Positions 59,022-64,000 of a DNA stretch of 64,000 bases are shown here, piece by piece. The DNA lies in the NCBI GenBank assembly GCA_037925075.1, contig JAXSNR010000001.1:576001-640000 (forward strand), read 5' to 3'. The position numbers and the translations under genes were made by a program. The DNA comes from Aquificaceae bacterium. Lineage in GTDB: Bacteria; Aquificota; Aquificia; Aquificales; Aquificaceae. Positions within the stretch are counted from its first letter, which is position 1. Each line of letters begins with the position of its first letter. The notes under the pieces were generated by a model, which did no database searches, was not told the DNA's origin, and saw nothing but the letters and a program-made list of their open reading frames with translations.

Positions 59022-59050
59022 ATTTTAGTGCAGGTTTTCCTTCTTGTCAA
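59022..59050 (-). promoter_or_regulatory. tRNA-Ala promoter
   Basis: TTGACA-17-TAAAAT, 12 nt upstream of the tRNA. Confidence 0.7.
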
Positions 59051-59168
59051 AGATTTTTTTCTGAATAAGAAACCTTAGCCTTAGGGCTATCTTTCTTCTT
59101 TCTCTTTCCTCCATAAAGACACTGAAGGCTTGTTTTTTTAAGGTTTTGTACAGGTCCACCATCGCCAT
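59025..59168 (-). CDS. Small basic hypothetical protein, 47 aa (absent from the ORF track)
   Basis: MAMVDLYKTLKKQAFSVFMEERERRKIALRLRFLIQKKIFDKKENLH; AGGGGGT RBS; fills the intergenic gap. Confidence 0.55.
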   Translation of the reverse strand: MAMVDLYKTLKKQAFSVFMEERERRKIALRLRFLIQKKIFDKKENLH

Positions 59169-59201
59169 GCCTTACCCCCTTTGCTTAGAGTTGTTTATAA
59201 T

Positions 59202-59579
59202 TTATTCCTCTTCGCCTGGTACTTCTACACCTCTGAAAATATAACCACAAAAAGGACACTTCTTAGCCCTCCAATGGACTTCGCTGTAACACTCGGGGCA
59301 CCTTTTCCTTCCCTTGAGATAGAGAAAGAGGTTAAAGTGAAAGAATACCTTAGGAAGAAGGTACAGGGAGAATATCACGAATATAAGGAGCCATGCCTTT
59401 ATGGGAGTTATGGGGTCAAAGGCTTTTAACCACAGAAGGGTGGTGCTTATAGAAGATACCCAAAAGGCTATGCGCCTATCCAGAAACACCTGAGCAAGGA
59501 GCTGTATAAGAGCCATCCAAAGGAAAAACTGAAAAAGGGCATTCCGAAAGAGAGGTTCAAGCACCCTCAGGTCTTCCAT
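59202..59579 (-). CDS. Membrane protein with C-terminal zinc ribbon
   Basis: TM helices, then CPEC...CPFC. Confidence 0.65.
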   Translation of the reverse strand: MEDLRVLEPLFRNALFQFFLWMALIQLLAQVFLDRRIAFWVSSISTTLLWLKAFDPITPIKAWLLIFVIFSLYLLPKVFFHFNLFLYLKGRKRCPECYSEVHWRAKKCPFCGYIFRGVEVPGEEE

Positions 59580-59826
59580 TTTTCACAAACCCTCTAAATA
59601 TTAATAAAAGGAAAAAGCCAAAGACAAAACCAAGAAAGCAGAAAACAAAGCCATACACACTTCTAAGAGCATAGCAGAGAAAAAGGAAAAGGGCAAAGCT
59701 GAAAAGCTTAAAGGGTAGGCTAAGCATATAAAAGGGCATTAGCCTAAGGTTGGCAAGCCTGTAAGTGATCTCTACAAAGGCAAAGCCCAAAATAAGCCCA
59801 GCAAGAAACACCACAAGATTTTCCAC
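59557..59826 (-). CDS. Small hydrophobic membrane protein (possibly AtpI-like)
   Basis: 89 aa, three hydrophobic helices. Confidence 0.5.
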   Translation of the reverse strand: MENLVVFLAGLILGFAFVEITYRLANLRLMPFYMLSLPFKLFSFALFLFLCYALRSVYGFVFCFLGFVFGFFLLLIFRGFVKNGRPEGA

Positions 59827-59843
59827 AATATAATTTTAACCCT

Positions 59844-62300
59844 ATGCCAAAGCTTATAGTCCCTGAAGAGGGGGCAGATTTGGATGCCCTCTCTTGTGCC
59901 TATGGTGTTATGCTTCTGCATAAGGACGCCCTTCTTCTTAAGCCTAAATATCTCTCTAAGAGAGCCAGCGAAGTTCTCAGCCATTTCAAAGATAGGTTTA
60001 GAATTACAGAGGAGCCACCTGAGAGCTTTGATTTGGTCCTTGTGGATAGCCACAACTATGAAGAATATCTTCAAAGCTTTGGCGAGAGAGTTAAAAAGAT
60101 ACACATATACGACCACCATCCGTCTGCACCGAAGTGCTTTGAAGGAAAGGTGGATAGGGTGGGAAGTTGTACAACTCTAATTGTAGAGGAGCTGATGGAA
60201 AAAGGGATAGATATAGACTCAGAGTCTGCCACTTTACTGGCTCTTGGCATATACGAAGATACGGGCATGCTTACCTATGAGGGGACCACATACAGGGATG
60301 CAAGGGCGGTAGAGTGGCTACTGCAAAAGGGCTTAAACCTAAGCCTTCTTAGAAGATTTCTAAGTGGTGGCATAGGCAAGGAGCAGATTGACCTTCTTTC
60401 AAGGCATATGGTAAGCCTCGAAGATCTGTTTGTGGATGGAAAAAGGATAAGCCTTGTGGTCCTGAAGATGGAAGAGTACAGGCCTGATCTGTTGAGCCTT
60501 TTGTACGAGCTTAGAGATATAAGGGAGGCTTCCGCCTTCTTTGTGGTGGTGGAAGCGGGTGGAAAAACTTACCTCTTTGGTCGTGCCCTCAGGGATGAGT
60601 TTGATGTCTCGGAGGTGCTCAAAGGGTTGGGTGGAGGGGGGCATGAGTTTGCAAGTGCGGTAAAGCTTGAGGGAGTCTCCGGAGAAAGGTTGAAAAACCT
60701 GTTGGAAGCCTTGCTAAAGGGAGAAAAAGTACCTCTTAAGGTGAAGGAAATCATGAGCTATCCTCCCTTTCTTCTTCATCAGGATATGGAAGTGGGTCTT
60801 GCCCTTCTTGAGCTAACCCAAAGAAACTTTGCGGGTGCACCTGTGATAGATGATAGGGGAAATTTGGTGGGGGTTGTGTACAAGAAAAACCTTCTCAAAG
60901 CCCAAAAGCACGGGGTGGAGGGCAAGGTCAAGGACTTTATGATTGAAGAGTTTCACACCCTCACTCCAGAAGACTTTTTGTGGGATGCGGAAAACATACT
61001 TTCAGGGTATGGGGAAAAGCTTATACCTGTGGTCTCAGAGGGAAGGGTTGTGGGTGTTCTCACGAGGCTTGACCTCCTGCATGCCTACAGAAAACATATA
61101 GAAGGACTAAAGGCTCATGAAAAACCTCTCTCTGTGCCAGAAAACTTAAAACCCATACTGCAAAAAATAGGAAGCAAAGCAAAGGAGCTTGGCTACAGGG
61201 TTTATCTGGTGGGAGGGGTGGTGAGAGACCTTCTTATGAAGAAAAACATATGGGACCTTGACCTTGTGGTGGAGGGCGATGCAGTAGTATTGGCACAAAA
61301 GTTGGCGGAGGATTGGGGTGTGGATTGTCATACCTTTCCAGAGTTTGGAACTGCACATATGAAGGTTCAAAACTACAAGCTTGAGTTTGCCACCACAAGA
61401 AGGGAAACCTATCCACATCCGGGTTCTTATCCCGTGGTGGAATGGGCAACATTAAAGGAAGACCTTCTTAGAAGAGACTTTACCATAAACGCCATGGCTC
61501 TATCCATAAATCCAGAAGACTTTGGCACGCTTATAGACTACTTTGGAGGGCTAAGAGACCTAAAGGACAGAATAATAAGGGTCTTGCATCCCATGAGCTT
61601 TGTGGAAGATCCAGTAAGGATTCTTAGAGCCATGAGGTTTTCAGGTAGGTTTAACTTCAAACTATCAAAGGGCACAGAAAAGCTTTTGAAAAACGCGGTG
61701 AGTATGGGACTTCTTAGAAAGGCTCCAAAGGGAAGGCTTATGAACGAGCTTAGATTGGCTTTGAGGGAAGAGAAACTGTTGGAAATCCTAAGGCTTTACA
61801 GGAAATACAAGGTGCTTGAGTATGTTATAGAAGGCTTTGAGTTTAGAGAAAGCATGGAGGCAAGCCTTGAAGGACTGAAAGAGATTATAAACTGGCACAG
61901 GATAGAGTTTCCACAGGAAAGAATAGATTACGGTTGGGTGTATTTTCTTTTGCTTATAAAGGACCTAAACAAGGACACGGCGGAAAGCCTTTTCAAAGAC
62001 ATAGGTGCACCCTCTTGGGTGAGGGAGAGCTACAGACTGATAAAAGAAAGCTTGCATAAGGTGGCACAAGCTTTGGAAAAGGCAAAGAAAAACTCAGAGG
62101 TTTACCTTGCACTAAAAGGAAAGCCCATAGCCTTTTTACTTATCCTTATGCTCTACCAAAGGGAGAAGGTAAAGCTTTATCTGGAAAAGCTTCGTTTTGT
62201 AAAGGTTGAAGCGGAAAAATTTAAAAACCTTAAAGGCAAAGAACTTGGCAGGGCAATAGAGGAGGAAAAGCTAAGGCTTATGGACAGCTTACTCTTCTGA
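59844..62300 (+). CDS. DHH-CBS tRNA nucleotidyltransferase (Aquificae A-adding enzyme type)
   Basis: ADLDA, YDHH, GGGGH, CBS pair, GGVVRD, DLD, DLLRRDFTINA, EDPVRILR. Confidence 0.85.
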   Translation: MPKLIVPEEGADLDALSCAYGVMLLHKDALLLKPKYLSKRASEVLSHFKDRFRITEEPPESFDLVLVDSHNYEEYLQSFGERVKKIHIYDHHPSAPKCFEGKVDRVGSCTTLIVEELMEKGIDIDSESATLLALGIYEDTGMLTYEGTTYRDARAVEWLLQKGLNLSLLRRFLSGGIGKEQIDLLSRHMVSLEDLFVDGKRISLVVLKMEEYRPDLLSLLYELRDIREASAFFVVVEAGGKTYLFGRALRDEFDVSEVLKGLGGGGHEFASAVKLEGVSGERLKNLLEALLKGEKVPLKVKEIMSYPPFLLHQDMEVGLALLELTQRNFAGAPVIDDRGNLVGVVYKKNLLKAQKHGVEGKVKDFMIEEFHTLTPEDFLWDAENILSGYGEKLIPVVSEGRVVGVLTRLDLLHAYRKHIEGLKAHEKPLSVPENLKPILQKIGSKAKELGYRVYLVGGVVRDLLMKKNIWDLDLVVEGDAVVLAQKLAEDWGVDCHTFPEFGTAHMKVQNYKLEFATTRRETYPHPGSYPVVEWATLKEDLLRRDFTINAMALSINPEDFGTLIDYFGGLRDLKDRIIRVLHPMSFVEDPVRILRAMRFSGRFNFKLSKGTEKLLKNAVSMGLLRKAPKGRLMNELRLALREEKLLEILRLYRKYKVLEYVIEGFEFRESMEASLEGLKEIINWHRIEFPQERIDYGWVYFLLLIKDLNKDTAESLFKDIGAPSWVRESYRLIKESLHKVAQALEKAKKNSEVYLALKGKPIAFLLILMLYQREKVKLYLEKLRFVKVEAEKFKNLKGKELGRAIEEEKLRLMDSLLF

Positions 62301-62627
62301 TAGATAGCCAAATATGGCTTCTATAACGGAAAGTAGTATGGATATAATGTTTGCCGCAAGGGCACCTATGGCAAGGCTTATTGCTTCGCTTACATCACCC
62401 AAGAAGTATACAAAGGTCGCTGGTACAAGGTGAAGGTCCGCCACAAGGCTTGCTGCGGTCATCTCAGTCGCAAGTATCTTACCCTCTCCAAGCTTTAGTA
62501 TGGTGGCAGTCAGGTTTGTTATAACCGTTATCACCAGTTCGTAGGGATTGGGATTAAAGATAAAGCTTAAGTTTGTGGTAAGAGCCATGAGAAGGAAAAA
62601 GTCGGTCATGATCTTTTTGAGCCTCAT
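62289..62627 (-). CDS. Small membrane protein coupled to the K+ channel (DUF6394-like)
   Basis: Hydrophobic; ASLVADLHLVPA motif; ATGA overlap with the channel gene. Confidence 0.6.
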   Translation of the reverse strand: MRLKKIMTDFFLLMALTTNLSFIFNPNPYELVITVITNLTATILKLGEGKILATEMTAASLVADLHLVPATFVYFLGDVSEAISLAIGALAANIISILLSVIEAIFGYLSEE

Positions 62628-63747
62628 TTTAAAACCTCCTTATAGAATTCCATAGCCTTGCGTATGTTTGAAGGCTTACCAAGTAGTAAAAGTGTATCCC
62701 CCTGTTCTATCTGCGTGTCTCCAGACACAGTAAGGTCAAGGCTCCCGTCAGACCTTCTTATGCCTATCACAGTAACGCCGTAAACCTTCCTTAGGTCTAT
62801 ATCTTTAAGTTTTTTACCCACAAGAGGGCTACTCTCTTGGACAAAGTATTCTACAATCTCAAGCTCCACCTCTTCACCGTAGGTTATCTTGTCAAAAAGG
62901 TCAGAAACATAACCCCCTGTTTCGTGTAGCATGTAGGAGAATAACCTGTTTGCTATTAGCTTGTCCGGCACTATAACCTTGTTGGCACCCAAATCTTCTA
63001 ACTTTTGAGCTGTGCCGTCGGTAGGTGCGGTAGAGTATACAAAAAGCTTTTCCTTATCGGGCACAAGAAGCCTTGCGGTGACGATTACCGCTATGTTTTT
63101 TGCTTCATCTTCCATATTGGCTATAAGATACCTTGCCCTTTGTATGCCTGCGGATAGGAGGGCGGTCTTTTTGAAGGGCTCTTCCACGATAAAGTATGTA
63201 AGTACTTAAGAGCTTCCTCTCTTGCGTCTATGACCACAAAGTCAATTTTTCTTTTGCGTAGAGCTTCCACGAGCCATGCGGAGGTTTTGTTGTATCCACA
63301 TATTATGGCATGATCTTTTAGTTTTTCAATGCCCGTTAGCATCTTTATGTATTTTATTAGGTTTAGTGTATAACCCACAAGGAAGACCCTTATAATAACC
63401 GTCACGGAAGTGGTAAAAACTCCTATCCCCATGAGAGCCAAAAAGGTGGTAAAAATCCTACCTATAGGTGTATCGGTTCCTTTGGCAATCTCACCAAAGC
63501 CTATGGTTCCTATGGTTATAACCGTCATGTATATGGAGTCTATAAAATTCCCATCAGAAAGTATCATGTATCCCAAAGTGCCCACACTCATGGAAAAATG
63601 GAGCAAAAGAAGAGGTACTCTTAACTCCTTCAAAGATTCTATGAGCCTACTCTGATAGATTTCTATCAGCTGTTTTTCTCTTTTCTTTTTTAGCCTAAGC
63701 CTTTTTCGTATGTTTTGTGCTCTTCTTGACATAGTTGGCATATGCAT
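62624..63747 (-). pseudogene. RCK-gated potassium channel, frameshifted near 63195-63206
   Basis: ORF 63121-63747 has the TIGTIGFG filter and IICGY RCK start; another frame resumes YFIVEEPF...GANKVI-x-P and TrkA-C in ORF 62624-63187. Confidence 0.8.
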
Positions 63748-63773
63748 TATATTTTATAACGTTGGTTCCCTTA

Positions 63774-64000
63774 GGGGGCGAATGGGTTCGACGGGAACCG
63801 TAGGACAGGGTTGCAGGCAGGGTGGCAACCTAAACAGCCAAGCAAAACACTTCCCGAAAGGGAACTTGCACTCGCTGCCTAATTAAAGGCAGTGGCTCTG
63901 CAACCGCTTTGCCTCTGGGTGGTTGACAGGGCTTAGAGACAGGGGTGTAGGCATGGGTTGGTGCAGGGCTGACCCAAGCCGAAAGTCTTCCCTGCTCGCC
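63774..64000 (+). ncRNA. ssrA: tmRNA (3'-truncated by window edge)
   Basis: 5' GGGGGCG...TTCGAC; tag ORF 63850-63882 LPERELALAA-stop; TTGACA/TATATT promoter at 63726-63753. Confidence 0.92.

Overview
Gene-dense chromosomal segment of a thermophilic, H2-oxidising Aquificaceae bacterium (Hydrogenobacter/Thermocrinis-like). The assignment is inferred from citryl-CoA synthetase CcsA, the long DHH-CBS A-adding tRNA enzyme, an Aquifex-type tmRNA and group 1d/2d hydrogenases. The window holds scattered housekeeping genes (rpsP, khpA, metK, hisZ, recN, dnaA, proC, proS, dnaJ, PBP1A), tRNA-Arg(CCT), tRNA-Ala(GGC) and the 5' part of tmRNA. It also carries flhA-flhF-flhG divergent from an mglB-mglA-unknown-haem c/HAMP sensor operon, and a ~20 kb hydrogenase and nickel cluster: a cytoplasmic group 2d-like hydrogenase, an O2-tolerant membrane-bound group 1d hydrogenase, hypABCDEFX, TetR, NikR, and NikMQO with extra periplasmic and outer-membrane components. 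Best candidates for undescribed biology: (i) the MglAB GTPase module with an output-less haem c sensor beside the flagellar-placement genes; (ii) a TGAAT-N4-ATTCA palindrome at four hydrogenase/nickel promoters (probable TetR regulon), layered with NikR sites; (iii) a nickel-uptake operon whose exported proteins all start with His and which includes an outer-membrane barrel; (iv) a His-rich Tat-exported beta-propeller paired with a COG0523 metallochaperone. Three genes are frameshifted (hemerythrin, flhA, K+ channel). No CRISPR array, prophage or IS element was seen. All functional calls come from motif recognition by eye, not database searches.
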